Notes: a model not told the origin generated them from the letters alone. Numbered from the stretch's first letter, positions 27,834 to 38,207 are shown. The stretch is 64,000 nucleotides of DNA from Candidatus Kaelpia imicola (GCA_030765505.1 JAVCCL010000001.1:12306-76305), one strand, 5' to 3'. Translations and numbers: made by a program.

Positions 27834-29344
27834 AAAAAATAGGTTTTGATAATGATAAATATCTGGATCAGCAGAGCAAAGAGATTTTAAGCCGGATAGA
27901 GAATTACGGTAATAAGCTCTATTTAGAGTTTGGAGGGAAATTACTCTACGACTATCATGCTGCCAGAGTTCTGCCCGGTTATGACCCTAATGTTAAGATA
28001 AGGTTACTCCAGAAACTGAAAGAGAAAGCAGAGATCATACTCTGTATATATGCGGGTCATATTGAGCAGAGAAAGATAAGGGCAGATTTTGGTTTTACCT
28101 ATGATGTTGATGTCTTAAAGATAATAGATGATTTAAAAGGATGGGGTCTTAATGTGTCGGGTGTTGTTATTACGCGCTATAAAGAGCAGCCTGCGGCAAA
28201 GATCTTTAAGAATAAGCTTCAGAGAAGAGGTGTTTCCGTCTACACGCATAGTTATACAGAGGGTTATCCTAATAATATTAATCTTATCGTAAGCGATAAA
28301 GGTTACGGTGTGAATCCTTATATTGAGACTAAAAAACCACTTGTTATTGTTACGGCTCCCGGTCCAGGTAGCGGTAAGTTAGCGACTTGTCTATCTCAGC
28401 TTTACCATGAATATAAAAGAGGTATTCAGGCGGGTTATGCAAAGTTTGAGACTTTTCCTATTTGGAATATACCGCTTGAACATCCTGTAAATGTTGCTTA
28501 TGAGGCCGCAACAGCAGATATAGGGGATTATAATTTAATAGACCCTTTTCACCTTAAAGTTTACGGGAAAGAGGTTGTCAATTACAATAGAGATGTTGAG
28601 ACTTTTCCTATTGTAGAGAGAATTTTAGAGAAGATAACCGGGAAGAGTTCAATATATAGATCACCAACTGATATGGGTGTTAATAGATGCGGTTTTGGGA
28701 TTACGGATAATGAGGTTGCGAGTAAAGCAGCATCACAGGAGATAATTAGAAGGTATTTTAGATATAGATGTGAGTATATGCTCGGCTTAGTCGACAGAGA
28801 TACTGTAATTAGAGTAGAGAAGCTTATGGAGAAGGTCGGAGTCAAAGAGGAGGACAGGAGTGTGGTCTCTGCTGCAAGAGCTGCGGCAGCTGGAGCTGAA
28901 GAGACAGGCAAGGGACATAAAGGTGTTTTCTGCGGTGCGGCAATTCAATTGCCGAGTGGTGATATAGTTACAGGTAAGAACTCACCGCTTATGCATGCAG
29001 CTTCCAGCGTTGTTTTAAATGCAGCGAAGACACTTACCTCTATGCCTGATAATATTCACCTTCTATCTCCTAATATAATAGATTCTATCAAGAGCTTCAA
29101 AAAGGATGTTATGGATGTAAAGTCTGCCAATCTTAATCTTGAAGAGACTTTAATCGCCTTAAGTATTTCTACGGCAACTAATCCTGCAGCACAGTCTGCT
29201 ATGGAGAGCTTGAATAAATTAAAAGGTGCTGAGATTCATATGACGTATATGCCTACAGCCGGAGATGAGTCAGGGTTGAGGACTCTCTCTTTGAATTTAA
29301 CAAGCGACCCTAATTTTTCACCCCACAATGTCTATCTGGCTTAA
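27830..29344 (+). CDS. DUF1846 / UPF0371 family protein
   Basis: KLYLEFGGKLLYDYHAARVLPGYDP, VTAPGPGSGKLATC, YAKFETFPIWN, HPVNVAYEAATAD and SPTDMGVN are collinear with the UPF0371 family. Confidence 0.8.
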   Translation: MKKIGFDNDKYLDQQSKEILSRIENYGNKLYLEFGGKLLYDYHAARVLPGYDPNVKIRLLQKLKEKAEIILCIYAGHIEQRKIRADFGFTYDVDVLKIIDDLKGWGLNVSGVVITRYKEQPAAKIFKNKLQRRGVSVYTHSYTEGYPNNINLIVSDKGYGVNPYIETKKPLVIVTAPGPGSGKLATCLSQLYHEYKRGIQAGYAKFETFPIWNIPLEHPVNVAYEAATADIGDYNLIDPFHLKVYGKEVVNYNRDVETFPIVERILEKITGKSSIYRSPTDMGVNRCGFGITDNEVASKAASQEIIRRYFRYRCEYMLGLVDRDTVIRVEKLMEKVGVKEEDRSVVSAARAAAAGAEETGKGHKGVFCGAAIQLPSGDIVTGKNSPLMHAASSVVLNAAKTLTSMPDNIHLLSPNIIDSIKSFKKDVMDVKSANLNLEETLIALSISTATNPAAQSAMESLNKLKGAEIHMTYMPTAGDESGLRTLSLNLTSDPNFSPHNVYLA

Positions 29345-29347
29345 GAT

Positions 29348-30169
29348 ATGAAAAAGAGAACTATAAAGATAACTGATTTTAACGTAGGCGAAGGATCTGA
29401 TTTATTATTTATTCTTGGGCCCTGCGTTATTAAAGACTATGCTTCGCTATTTGAGAATGCAAAACAGATAAAATCTATAGCTGAGAGTGAACAGATAAGC
29501 TTCATATTTAAGGCAAGTTATGACAAAGCTAACAGAACATCATTAGACTCTTTTCGCGGAGTGGGTTTAAAGGAGGGTCTCTCAATACTCTCTGAGATTA
29601 AAAAAACTCTTGGTATTCTCATAACCTCTGATATCCATTCACCTTATGAAGCTGAAGAGGCAGCCTCAGTGCTGGACTTGATTCAGATTCCTGCATTGCT
29701 CTGTCGTCAGACCGATATTATAGTCGAAGCCGCAAAGACAGGAAAACCTGTAAATATAAAGAAAGGTCAGTTCATGGCCCCCTGGGATGTTTTAAAGGCG
29801 GTTGATAAGGTTTATCAGCAAGGTAATAAGAATGTTATTGTAACAGAGCGGGGAAGTTGTTTTGGTTACAACTATCTCATAAATGATTTTAAAGCAATTC
29901 CCCGAATGCAGAAAGATGATCTCATAGTTATCTTTGATGCAACCCATAGCGTTCAGCTTCCTTCAAAGGGAGTCAGGAGCGGCGGAGAGCAGGAATATGT
30001 TTCCTATCTCAGCCGGGCAGCAGCAGCGGTTGGAGTAGACGGATTCTTTTTGGAAGTACATGAGAATCCCGAAGAAGCCCTATCGGATGCTTCTTCTATG
30101 ATAGATTTTAAACAGCTCCAGGAGATAATAAGAGTGGTTAAAAAGATAAAGGGTGCGGCAGATGGATAG
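29348..30169 (+). CDS. kdsA: 3-deoxy-8-phosphooctulonate synthase
   Basis: LFILGPCVIKD and FKASYDKANRTS (KdsA/DAHP synthase I fold). Confidence 0.9.
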   Translation: MKKRTIKITDFNVGEGSDLLFILGPCVIKDYASLFENAKQIKSIAESEQISFIFKASYDKANRTSLDSFRGVGLKEGLSILSEIKKTLGILITSDIHSPYEAEEAASVLDLIQIPALLCRQTDIIVEAAKTGKPVNIKKGQFMAPWDVLKAVDKVYQQGNKNVIVTERGSCFGYNYLINDFKAIPRMQKDDLIVIFDATHSVQLPSKGVRSGGEQEYVSYLSRAAAAVGVDGFFLEVHENPEEALSDASSMIDFKQLQEIIRVVKKIKGAADG

Positions 30170-31127
30170 AGATAGAGTCTTAAAAAGAGTAAAAGATATT
30201 TTAAAGATTGAGACTGAAGCAATTCAAAATTTAAACGTAGGAAATGAATATATAGAAGCAGCCCAGATGTTATTAGATTGTAAAGGAAGGGTTGTAGTCA
30301 CAGGCATGGGTAAGCCCGGTATTATTGCTCAAAAGATTTCTGCAACTATGTCTTCGACAGGTACGCCGAGTCTCTGCCTTCACCCTGCAGAGGCAGTCCA
30401 TGGGGATTTAGGCAGGGTTACAGCCGAAGATGTTGTAATAGCCCTTTCAAATAGCGGAGAGACGGATGAGATAAAGAATCTTTTACCTGTTATTAAACGC
30501 ATTGGCGCAAAACTTATTGCAATAACAGGTAATCTTAAATCTACTTTAGCCCAGATGAGCGATGTAGTTATAGGTGCTAAAGTAGATAGAGAGGCTTGCC
30601 CTTTTAATCTTGCTCCTACTGCCAGTACGACAGCTATGCTTGCTATCGGAGATGTTTTAGCTATTACACTTCTGGAATTGAAAGGTTTTGATCAGGACGA
30701 TTATGCGCTCTACCACCCGGCAGGTATCTTAGGTAAAAAACTGTTGCTTAAAGTCGAAGATATTATGAGAAAAGGTAATAACCACCCTATTGTTAAAATT
30801 GACGCTTCTGTAAAAGATGTTTTAATTGAGATTACTAAGTCCCATGCCGGTTCAGCCACGATTGTAGATTTGGGGGGTAAATTGAAAGGTATATTTACTG
30901 ACGGAGACCTAAGGCGTTGGTTAGGTAAAAAGGGTGATATTTTAAACAGAGAGGTTGGTTCTATTATGAGCGAGAACCCAAAAAGGATTAAACTGGGAAA
31001 TTTAGCTGTTGAAGCAGGTAAGATTATGCAAGAGTTTAGAATAGATGAACTTGTTGTTATAGACAGAGATAATCGCCCGGTCGGGCTTATCGATATTCAA
31101 GATTTATTAAAGGCGGGGTTAGTCTAA
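30153..31127 (+). CDS. kdsD: Arabinose-5-phosphate isomerase (SIS + tandem CBS)
   Basis: GRVVVTGMGKPGIIAQKISATMSSTGTP. The C-terminus has a CBS pair. Confidence 0.85.
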   Translation: MRQMDRDRVLKRVKDILKIETEAIQNLNVGNEYIEAAQMLLDCKGRVVVTGMGKPGIIAQKISATMSSTGTPSLCLHPAEAVHGDLGRVTAEDVVIALSNSGETDEIKNLLPVIKRIGAKLIAITGNLKSTLAQMSDVVIGAKVDREACPFNLAPTASTTAMLAIGDVLAITLLELKGFDQDDYALYHPAGILGKKLLLKVEDIMRKGNNHPIVKIDASVKDVLIEITKSHAGSATIVDLGGKLKGIFTDGDLRRWLGKKGDILNREVGSIMSENPKRIKLGNLAVEAGKIMQEFRIDELVVIDRDNRPVGLIDIQDLLKAGLV

Positions 31128-31130
31128 ATT

Positions 31131-31664
31131 ATGATTGATGAAAACGTAAAACAAAAATTAAAAGATGTTAAACTTTTAATATTAGATGCAGATGGTGTTT
31201 TAACAGATGGAAAGATTTATTATGGCAGTTATGGTGATGAGATTAAGGCTTTTGATGTTAAAGATGGTCTGGGTTTAAGCCTCTGGAAGAGGGCTGGAAA
31301 GATATCCTGTATATTGACTGCAAAAAAGTCACCGCTCTTAAAGAGAAGAGCGAAAGATGTTAAGATTTTTAAAGTCTATCAGAATGTGTATAGAAAAATA
31401 GATATTTATAAGAAGTTAAAAAAGAAGTTTAAATTAACCGATTCAAATATCTGTTATATTGGAGATGATCTTATAGATATAAGAGTTTTAAAGAAGGCTG
31501 GATTTGCGGCAACTGTTCCAAGTGCGCCCTCTGAGGTTAAAGAAGCTTCAAACTATATTACAGAGAATCCCGGAGGTTCTGGAGCTGTAAGAGAGATTGT
31601 AGAGCTCGTTCTTAAAGAGCAAGGCTTATGGGATAACCTGGTTCAAGATTTGATCAGTGATTAA
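31131..31664 (+). CDS. kdsC: Kdo-8-phosphate phosphatase (HAD family)
   Basis: LLILDADGVLTDGKIYY and GDDLIDI. Confidence 0.8.
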   Translation: MIDENVKQKLKDVKLLILDADGVLTDGKIYYGSYGDEIKAFDVKDGLGLSLWKRAGKISCILTAKKSPLLKRRAKDVKIFKVYQNVYRKIDIYKKLKKKFKLTDSNICYIGDDLIDIRVLKKAGFAATVPSAPSEVKEASNYITENPGGSGAVREIVELVLKEQGLWDNLVQDLISD

Positions 31665-32268
31665 CAGAGAAGATTGGCATATCCATAGCATCTATTCCGG
31701 TGATTCAAAGACTTCTCCTATTAAGATTGTAGATACTTCTATAAAGAGAGGCTTGAAGAAGATATGTGTGCTTGATCATAATACAATAAGAGGCGGTCTA
31801 GAAGCTAGGGAGCATGCTCGGGGTAAAGATATAGAGATTTTAGTTGGAGCTGAGATTAAAACAGACAAAGGAGAGATTGCAGGTGTAGGGCTTGAGAGAG
31901 AGATAGAGTCCAGGGAGCTTTTCTCTGTGATTAAAGAGATAAAATCTCAGGGTGCTAAGATCTTAATACCCCATCCCTATGGAGGCATAAGGTACACAAA
32001 GAGAGATTATAGCTTGGAAGAGGTTGGGCCCTTTGCAGACTATATAGAGGTTTTTAATGGAAGGAGTTTCTTTAATTTTTATCAGAAGAGAATTTTAGGT
32101 TTTGCAAAGAGATTCGATATAATACCTATTCGTGGAAGTGATGCCCATTTTGCATTTGAGATAGGCAATCTTAGCATAAGGTCAATTTATAAAGGAATAG
32201 TAGGGTTTTTTACAACGGGATTTTTCAATGTGATCTTTGCAAATAGAAAAAGATTAAAAAGAAAATGA
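31657..32268 (+). CDS. PHP-domain metal-dependent phosphoesterase
   Basis: WHIHSIYSGDS (the HxH motif) and CVLDHN. Confidence 0.6.
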   Translation: MINREDWHIHSIYSGDSKTSPIKIVDTSIKRGLKKICVLDHNTIRGGLEAREHARGKDIEILVGAEIKTDKGEIAGVGLEREIESRELFSVIKEIKSQGAKILIPHPYGGIRYTKRDYSLEEVGPFADYIEVFNGRSFFNFYQKRILGFAKRFDIIPIRGSDAHFAFEIGNLSIRSIYKGIVGFFTTGFFNVIFANRKRLKRK

Positions 32269-32753
32269 AAGCTGTAATAATTTTCTATTCTTTTACAGGG
32301 AATACGAGAAAGGTTGCTTTTGCTATAAAAGATTTTTTAATTCAACAGAGCATAGAAGTCGAGTCTTTAGAACTTAAGCCAGAAGTAGAGAGCAAGAGTT
32401 TTATCAAGCAGGCTTCCCAGTCTTTATTTGCTATGAAAGTTAAACTGTCTGGGGAAGATATGCCGGATCTATCTATCTACGACTATATCTTTTTAGGTAC
32501 TCCGGTCTGGGCTTTTGCTCCTGCTCCTGCTCTAAGGAGTTTTATCCAAGATTGTGAGACATTGAGAGGTAAAAAGATCTGCCTTTTTGCAACTTATGGA
32601 AGTGGATTGGGTAAGAAAAAGTGTCTGGATAAAATGGAGAGTCTATTATCTAAAAAAGCCAAATCTATTGTAATGAGATTTACGATCTCTGATAAAAAAG
32701 TGGATAATAATGAGTATCTGCTGGATGTTCTATCTAGTAATATTAAATTATGA
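32265..32753 (+). CDS. Flavodoxin-like protein
   Basis: MKAVIIFYSFTGNTRKVA (S/TxTGNT). Confidence 0.6.
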   Translation: MKAVIIFYSFTGNTRKVAFAIKDFLIQQSIEVESLELKPEVESKSFIKQASQSLFAMKVKLSGEDMPDLSIYDYIFLGTPVWAFAPAPALRSFIQDCETLRGKKICLFATYGSGLGKKKCLDKMESLLSKKAKSIVMRFTISDKKVDNNEYLLDVLSSNIKL

Positions 32754-34147
32754 AGGTAGCAATACTTGCAGGCGGTAGCGGAACCAGGCTCTGGCCTCTG
32801 TCACGTCCGAGTTATCCTAAGCAGTTTCTCAGAATAAACTCAGAATATTCATTTTTTCAAAATACAATCCTAAGGTGTTTGAATAACGTAAAAATTCAAG
32901 ATTTAATAATTTCAGCCCACAGGAATTATAAGTTTCATGTTTTATCTGATATCATGAAGATTTCATCTAAAGGTCAAGGGTTACCGCACTTAATATTTGA
33001 ACCCCAAAGCAGAAATACTTTTTCGGCGCTTCTTGGTATTTTAAACTACTCTTTAAATGAGTTGAAGCTTAGGGAAGATGAAGTTATTGCAATATTGCCA
33101 TCAGACCATCTTATCTCGCCAGCTGATAAGTTCTATGGTTTTTTAGAACTTGCTCAAAAACATGCTCAGGATGATAAGATAGTGATATTTGGTATAAAAC
33201 CCAGCAACAATAGCAGCGGTTATGGTTATATAAAGACTGAAGGTGAGAATGAAGATATCTTGGCAGTTAAGAGTTTTATTGAAAAGCCTGACAGCGATAA
33301 GGTTAAGGCTTTGATAGCGGAGGGGAGCTGTTTCTGGAACTCTGGTATGTTCTGCTTTAAGATAGCTACGATTGTCGCAGAGATCAAAAAACATATGCCT
33401 GATGTAGCCAGGTTTTTAGAGCTCAGTTGGAGCAATTTTATAAATAAGTTTAGTGAGCTCCCTAATATATCGATAGATAATGCGATAATGGAGAAGACAG
33501 GTAGTGCAGCTTTGATCCCGCTTAATGGTATAAGCTGGAGCGATATCGGCTCTTTCGGAGCCCTTTATGATGTTATGGATAAGGATGAGTCTAGAAATGT
33601 ATTATTAGGAGATGTAGTGGCCGAAGATACCGAAGGCTCCTTTTTGATAAGTGAAAAGAGGCTTATATCTGCTATAGGCCTTAAAGATATGCTTGTAATT
33701 GAAACTGAAGATGCTGTTCTGATTGCTCCAAAATCAGAGTCTCAGAAGGTTAAAAATATTGTCCAGAGATTAAAAGAGAAGAAAAGGAGTGAGGCTTCTG
33801 AGCATAAGACTCACTATAGGCCTTGGGGCAGCTTTAGTATATTAGAGGAAGGAGAGAGTTATAAGATAAAGCATGTGACTGTAAATCCCAAAGAGAGCCT
33901 AAGTCTGCAACTCCATGACAATAGAAGCGAACACTGGGTTGTAGTCAAAGGCAGGGCAAGGGTGGTAATAGGAGATAAAGAGAAGGTTATAGAGAAGAAT
34001 GAATCTATATACGTTCCCAAAAAGACAAAGCATAGGCTGAAAAACCCGGAAAACGAAATTTTAGAGATAATAGAGGTTCAAAACGGAACTTATCTTGGAG
34101 AAGATGATATTGTAAGGTTTGATGATAAGTATAAGGATTTAAGGTAG
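32750..34147 (+). CDS. manC: Mannose-1-phosphate guanylyltransferase / mannose-6-phosphate isomerase (type II, cupin C-terminus)
   Basis: VAILAGGSGTRLWPLSR..YPKQF. The C-terminal cupin is WGSFSILEEGESYKIKHVTVNPKESLSLQLH. Confidence 0.85.
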   Translation: MKVAILAGGSGTRLWPLSRPSYPKQFLRINSEYSFFQNTILRCLNNVKIQDLIISAHRNYKFHVLSDIMKISSKGQGLPHLIFEPQSRNTFSALLGILNYSLNELKLREDEVIAILPSDHLISPADKFYGFLELAQKHAQDDKIVIFGIKPSNNSSGYGYIKTEGENEDILAVKSFIEKPDSDKVKALIAEGSCFWNSGMFCFKIATIVAEIKKHMPDVARFLELSWSNFINKFSELPNISIDNAIMEKTGSAALIPLNGISWSDIGSFGALYDVMDKDESRNVLLGDVVAEDTEGSFLISEKRLISAIGLKDMLVIETEDAVLIAPKSESQKVKNIVQRLKEKKRSEASEHKTHYRPWGSFSILEEGESYKIKHVTVNPKESLSLQLHDNRSEHWVVVKGRARVVIGDKEKVIEKNESIYVPKKTKHRLKNPENEILEIIEVQNGTYLGEDDIVRFDDKYKDLR

Positions 34148-34148
34148 T

Positions 34149-34520
34149 CTATTTAAGAAGAAACTCGATTAACTTTGTTGCCAGAAACTTCCTGAAGGTA
34201 TCTTTCTTGTCTCCCTTGATGCTAGTTATAAGAATACCATGATGGTACTCTTTCTCTTTCTTTTTCATCTTCCAGACAACTTTGCCCTGAATAGGAATCA
34301 AGATAGGCTCTTCGTCATCTATGGCGAGTTTCATTTTGATAATAGAATTCTCTTTAAGCGGCATCGGAGTTATAAGACAGATGCCTCTTATCGATATATC
34401 CCTTGTCCGGACATTCTTTATCTTTCTAGGGTCTGTTACTTCTACTGAGTACTCTATAGGCATTCTGCCGTATTTTCTTCTATTGTTCTTTACTTTCATC
34501 ATAGTTAAATTATAACACAA
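34149..34520 (-). CDS. PilZ-domain c-di-GMP binding protein
   Basis: The RxxxR motif is NRRKYGR. The D/NxSxxG motif is RTRDISIRGICL. Confidence 0.7.
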   Translation of the reverse strand: MCYNLTMMKVKNNRRKYGRMPIEYSVEVTDPRKIKNVRTRDISIRGICLITPMPLKENSIIKMKLAIDDEEPILIPIQGKVVWKMKKKEKEYHHGILITSIKGDKKDTFRKFLATKLIEFLLK

Positions 34521-34610
34521 TATGTTCTCTTTTCCAAAAATTATTGCCCGGATTAATATATAAAACTCAGTTTACGCAGCAGTTTTAAAATAGTATAATT
34601 ACTTTATATT

Positions 34611-36317
34611 ATGCAGGATAATAATACTTCAGACCAGATAGTGAATGAAATTAAGAGCCTTAAGAGGCAGATTGATGAATTTAAAAAGCTGCAGAGAGAG
34701 TGGAAGAGAGCTGAAGAGAATTTAAAAACGAGTGAAGAGAACTACAAAAAGCGTACTCAATCTATATATGATGTTGTCTATGAGATAGATTTAGGCGGTA
34801 TCTTTACCTTCATTAGTAATTCTATTGAAAGATACGGTTATAAACCCAACAATTTAGTAGGAAAACATTTTAAATCTTTAATCCATCCTCAAGATATAGA
34901 AAAAGTAAGCCGAGAGGTAGTTCTACCTCATTATTTAGGCAAAGTTACAGGTGATGATAAGTCTCCTAAGCTATTTGATGAGCGTAGGACAGGAGATAGG
35001 ATGACTAAATATTTAGAAATCAGAATTACTCCTAAAGATGCCCAAGGCGACAAAAATTATAGAATAGTTGAATTGCATGCAGCCGGGAAGTGGGGCGCAA
35101 ATGAGAAGGGAGAGAGTAAATTCGTGGGCAGCATTGGAATAATAAGAGATATTACCGAGCGCAAAAAAGCAGAAAAAGAACTCAAGTCTACTTATAGCCG
35201 CGCAGAGCATCTTTACAAAGAGTTAGAAGAAGAGAATAAAAAACTGGATGAGTTAAGTGAATTGAAATCTGGATTTGTTGCTAACGCGTCTCATGAGATA
35301 AGAGCGCCGCTTGCTATTATCAAAGAGTCTGTAAGTCTATTTCTTGATCACATGTCGAAAGACTTAGCTGAGGAACAGAAGAGTATATTATCTATGACCA
35401 AAGTTAATATAGATAGGCTTGCCAAGATGGTAAACTCTTTGCTGGATGCATCTAAGATAGAGGCGGGTAAACTCGAGATAGATAAAGAAGAAATAAATAT
35501 AAAAGAGATTATTTTGGATGTTGTAGTTGAGATGGGGTATCTTACAGATAAAAGAGGTATTGCTATTATCGAAAAATTGCCTCAAGAAGATCTCTATGCT
35601 TTCTGCGATAAAGAAAAGATAAGAAGAGTGCTTACCAACCTGGTATCTAACGCTCTTAAGTTTACCGACTCAGGGGGTAGTATTAAGGTTGAATGCAGCA
35701 AGAACAGTGAGGAGGTAAGAATATCTGTCTCAGATACAGGCTGCGGGATAGCCCAAGAGGATATATCGAAACTATTTGATAAATATAGCCAGTTCGGGAA
35801 GAAGAAAGATAAGGATATCAAAGGTACAGGTTTAGGCCTCTCAATAGTTAAAGGGATAGTCCAGATGCATGGGGGTAAGGTATGGGTTGAGAGTAAGCCG
35901 GGTGAGGGTAGTAGATTCTGTTTTACCCTGCCTAGGTTAACAAAGGAGGCTATTCTTAAGGATATTTTAAGTAAAGAGATATCTGTTACAAAAACCAGGA
36001 AGAGTTGTTTCTCTGTTTTATCTATTAGTTTTGACGATAATGATCAAGACAGGTCTTTGATACAAAAATTAAAAGAAGCAATTGATGATACATTACGCAG
36101 AAAGAATGATATTGTTTATGAACTTAATAATAAAATTATAGTAATATTACCAGATACTGATAAACGTAATGCTTTTACGGTTTTAGCCAGAATAAAAGAA
36201 AACTTAAACAAGCTTGTTTCCGGTAAAAATTTTAATATAAAAGATGCCGTTGTTATCTATCCTGGTGAAGCAAATAGCGTGGATGAAATTTTGAATAAGC
36301 TGAAAAAAATCTTATGA
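34611..36317 (+). CDS. Cytoplasmic PAS-sensor histidine kinase with an extra C-terminal (pseudo-receiver-like) domain
   Basis: HisKA is NASHEIRAPLAI. HATPase_c has the N, G1 and G2 boxes (DTGCGIAQE..GTGLGLSIVK). About 130 aa follow the ATPase domain. Confidence 0.8.
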   Translation: MQDNNTSDQIVNEIKSLKRQIDEFKKLQREWKRAEENLKTSEENYKKRTQSIYDVVYEIDLGGIFTFISNSIERYGYKPNNLVGKHFKSLIHPQDIEKVSREVVLPHYLGKVTGDDKSPKLFDERRTGDRMTKYLEIRITPKDAQGDKNYRIVELHAAGKWGANEKGESKFVGSIGIIRDITERKKAEKELKSTYSRAEHLYKELEEENKKLDELSELKSGFVANASHEIRAPLAIIKESVSLFLDHMSKDLAEEQKSILSMTKVNIDRLAKMVNSLLDASKIEAGKLEIDKEEINIKEIILDVVVEMGYLTDKRGIAIIEKLPQEDLYAFCDKEKIRRVLTNLVSNALKFTDSGGSIKVECSKNSEEVRISVSDTGCGIAQEDISKLFDKYSQFGKKKDKDIKGTGLGLSIVKGIVQMHGGKVWVESKPGEGSRFCFTLPRLTKEAILKDILSKEISVTKTRKSCFSVLSISFDDNDQDRSLIQKLKEAIDDTLRRKNDIVYELNNKIIVILPDTDKRNAFTVLARIKENLNKLVSGKNFNIKDAVVIYPGEANSVDEILNKLKKIL

Positions 36318-36694
36318 AAATAAGAGATAAAATAAGTTTATACTTTTTGGCAATAGTTTCAGTATTTGTGATTATTGCATCCTCTATTTTCTATAACACT
36401 GCCAAAGAGAATCTAAAGAGAGCAATATTTGAACATTTAAAAACAACTGCCATCTCAAGAGCGCACCATATAGAGACATTTCTTGAAGAACGTGAACAGG
36501 CTGTTAGGCTAACAGCAGAAGAAAATATTTTTAAAGAATTTTCAGGAGCTATTGCTGTGTATCTTAAAGCAGAAGAATTATTTAAAATTACATTAGACAG
36601 GACAGGCTTAGGTGAGACAGGAGAGATATACCTGGTAAACAAAGATAAATATATGATCAGCCCTTCTATCTTTCAAGAGCGTTTAATAAGATGA
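36314..36694 (+). CDS. Sensor N-terminal fragment (TM helix + partial Cache-like domain), separate from the downstream kinase
   Basis: One TM helix, then ...GETGEIYLVNKDKYMISPS (a Cache-like motif), terminating early. There is an ATGA overlap with the next ORF. Confidence 0.4.
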   Translation: MKIRDKISLYFLAIVSVFVIIASSIFYNTAKENLKRAIFEHLKTTAISRAHHIETFLEEREQAVRLTAEENIFKEFSGAIAVYLKAEELFKITLDRTGLGETGEIYLVNKDKYMISPSIFQERLIR

Positions 36695-37827
36695 CAGAGG
36701 ATTTAAAGAAAACAACTATATCAGCGAAGAGATTAAATGAAGAGATTGCCGAACGTAAGAAGATGGAAGTAAACCTACAGCAGGCAACAGAAGAATGGGA
36801 AAGGACTTTTAATGCTATTTCAGATTTAGTTTTTATTCAAGATAAAGATTTTATTATTACGAAAGTTAACAAAGCTTTTGTCGATGTGCTTAAGATGAAG
36901 CCTGAAGATATTATAGGTAAAAAATGTTATCAGATATTTCATCATAGAGATACGCCTTGGTCGGGATGTCTTTTCAAAAAGACTCAAGAGAGTAAAGCCG
37001 TCCATACTGAAGAAGTGGATGACTTCATAACAGGTATTCCTCTTTCAGTGACCATTTCCCCGGTCTTTGATGAGAGCGGTAATGTGATAGCCAGCGTCCA
37101 TATTGCGAGAGATATTTCAGAATGTAAGCAGGCAGAACGAATCAAAGACGAATTTATCAGTACAGTCTCTCATGAGCTGCGCACTCCGCTTTCAATAATC
37201 AAGGAAGGGGTAAGTCTTGTGCTGGATCAGATTCCGGGTAAAATAAATAAAGAGCAGGACGACATTCTTAAAACTGCAAAAGAGAATATTAATAGACTTG
37301 CAAAGATTATAAATGGTCTTTTGGATATATCAAAGATAGAGGCTAAAAAAGTCGAATTAGAAAAAAAAGAGGTAGAGATTTCAGTATTATTAAGTAAAAT
37401 ATCCAGTATATTTAAAAACTCTGCGCGTGAACGTGAAATTAATTTAGAAGTAAAGAGTTTTCAAGAAGATGTCAAACTTTATATAGATGAAGATAAGATA
37501 ATTCAGGTATTTACAAATCTTATAGATAATGCTTTAAAATTTACGGAGAAAGGTAAGGTAGAGATAGCTATTTATGATATCGGTAAAGATGTTGAGTGTA
37601 GTGTTTCCGATACAGGTAGAGGTATATCAAAAGAAGACCTTCCAAAATTATTTGATAAATTTCAACAGTTCGGTAGAACCCCTGGTCCTGGTGCTAAAGG
37701 AACAGGTCTTGGGCTCTCTATATCTAAAGGTATAGTTGAGATACATGGAGGCCGGGTCTGGGTTGAGAGTAAGCTGGGTAAAGGTACTAAATTCATTTTT
37801 ACTTTACCGAAAATAGCCGTTAAATAG
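36691..37827 (+). CDS. PAS-sensor histidine kinase
   Basis: A coiled-coil, a PAS domain, HisKA (SHELRTPLSII) and HATPase_c (DTGRGISKE..GTGLGLSISKGIV). Confidence 0.8.
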   Translation: MTEDLKKTTISAKRLNEEIAERKKMEVNLQQATEEWERTFNAISDLVFIQDKDFIITKVNKAFVDVLKMKPEDIIGKKCYQIFHHRDTPWSGCLFKKTQESKAVHTEEVDDFITGIPLSVTISPVFDESGNVIASVHIARDISECKQAERIKDEFISTVSHELRTPLSIIKEGVSLVLDQIPGKINKEQDDILKTAKENINRLAKIINGLLDISKIEAKKVELEKKEVEISVLLSKISSIFKNSAREREINLEVKSFQEDVKLYIDEDKIIQVFTNLIDNALKFTEKGKVEIAIYDIGKDVECSVSDTGRGISKEDLPKLFDKFQQFGRTPGPGAKGTGLGLSISKGIVEIHGGRVWVESKLGKGTKFIFTLPKIAVK

Positions 37828-37838
37828 GAGGTGGTTTT

Positions 37839-38204
37839 ATGAACAAGATTCTTATTATTGAAGATGAACCCGAGCAAATTAAATTAATATCTATAAGGCT
37901 TAAAGCTAATGGTTATGATATTATATCCGCATCTACAGCTCAAGAAGGATTGAGAATTGCAGAAGAAGAGAAGCCAGATTTAATACTTTTAGATATTCTT
38001 CTCCCGGATATGAGCGGTTTAGAAGTTGCAGAGAGTCTAAAATCAGATATTACAACAAAAGATATCCCTATAATAGCTATTACTGCAGTTGGTACTCTTG
38101 ATATTGAAGAGCAATGCAAGGAGGCTGGAATATCTGGTTTTTTGCGTAAGCCTTATGAATCTCAAGATTTAATAGATAAAATTAAAAAACAATTGGAGGC
38201 ATAG
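37839..38204 (+). CDS. Single-domain response regulator (CheY-like receiver)
   Basis: ILIIEDEP, the phospho-acceptor LLDILLPDMSG, and a conserved Lys. Confidence 0.85.
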   Translation: MNKILIIEDEPEQIKLISIRLKANGYDIISASTAQEGLRIAEEEKPDLILLDILLPDMSGLEVAESLKSDITTKDIPIIAITAVGTLDIEEQCKEAGISGFLRKPYESQDLIDKIKKQLEA

Positions 38205-38207
38205 AAT

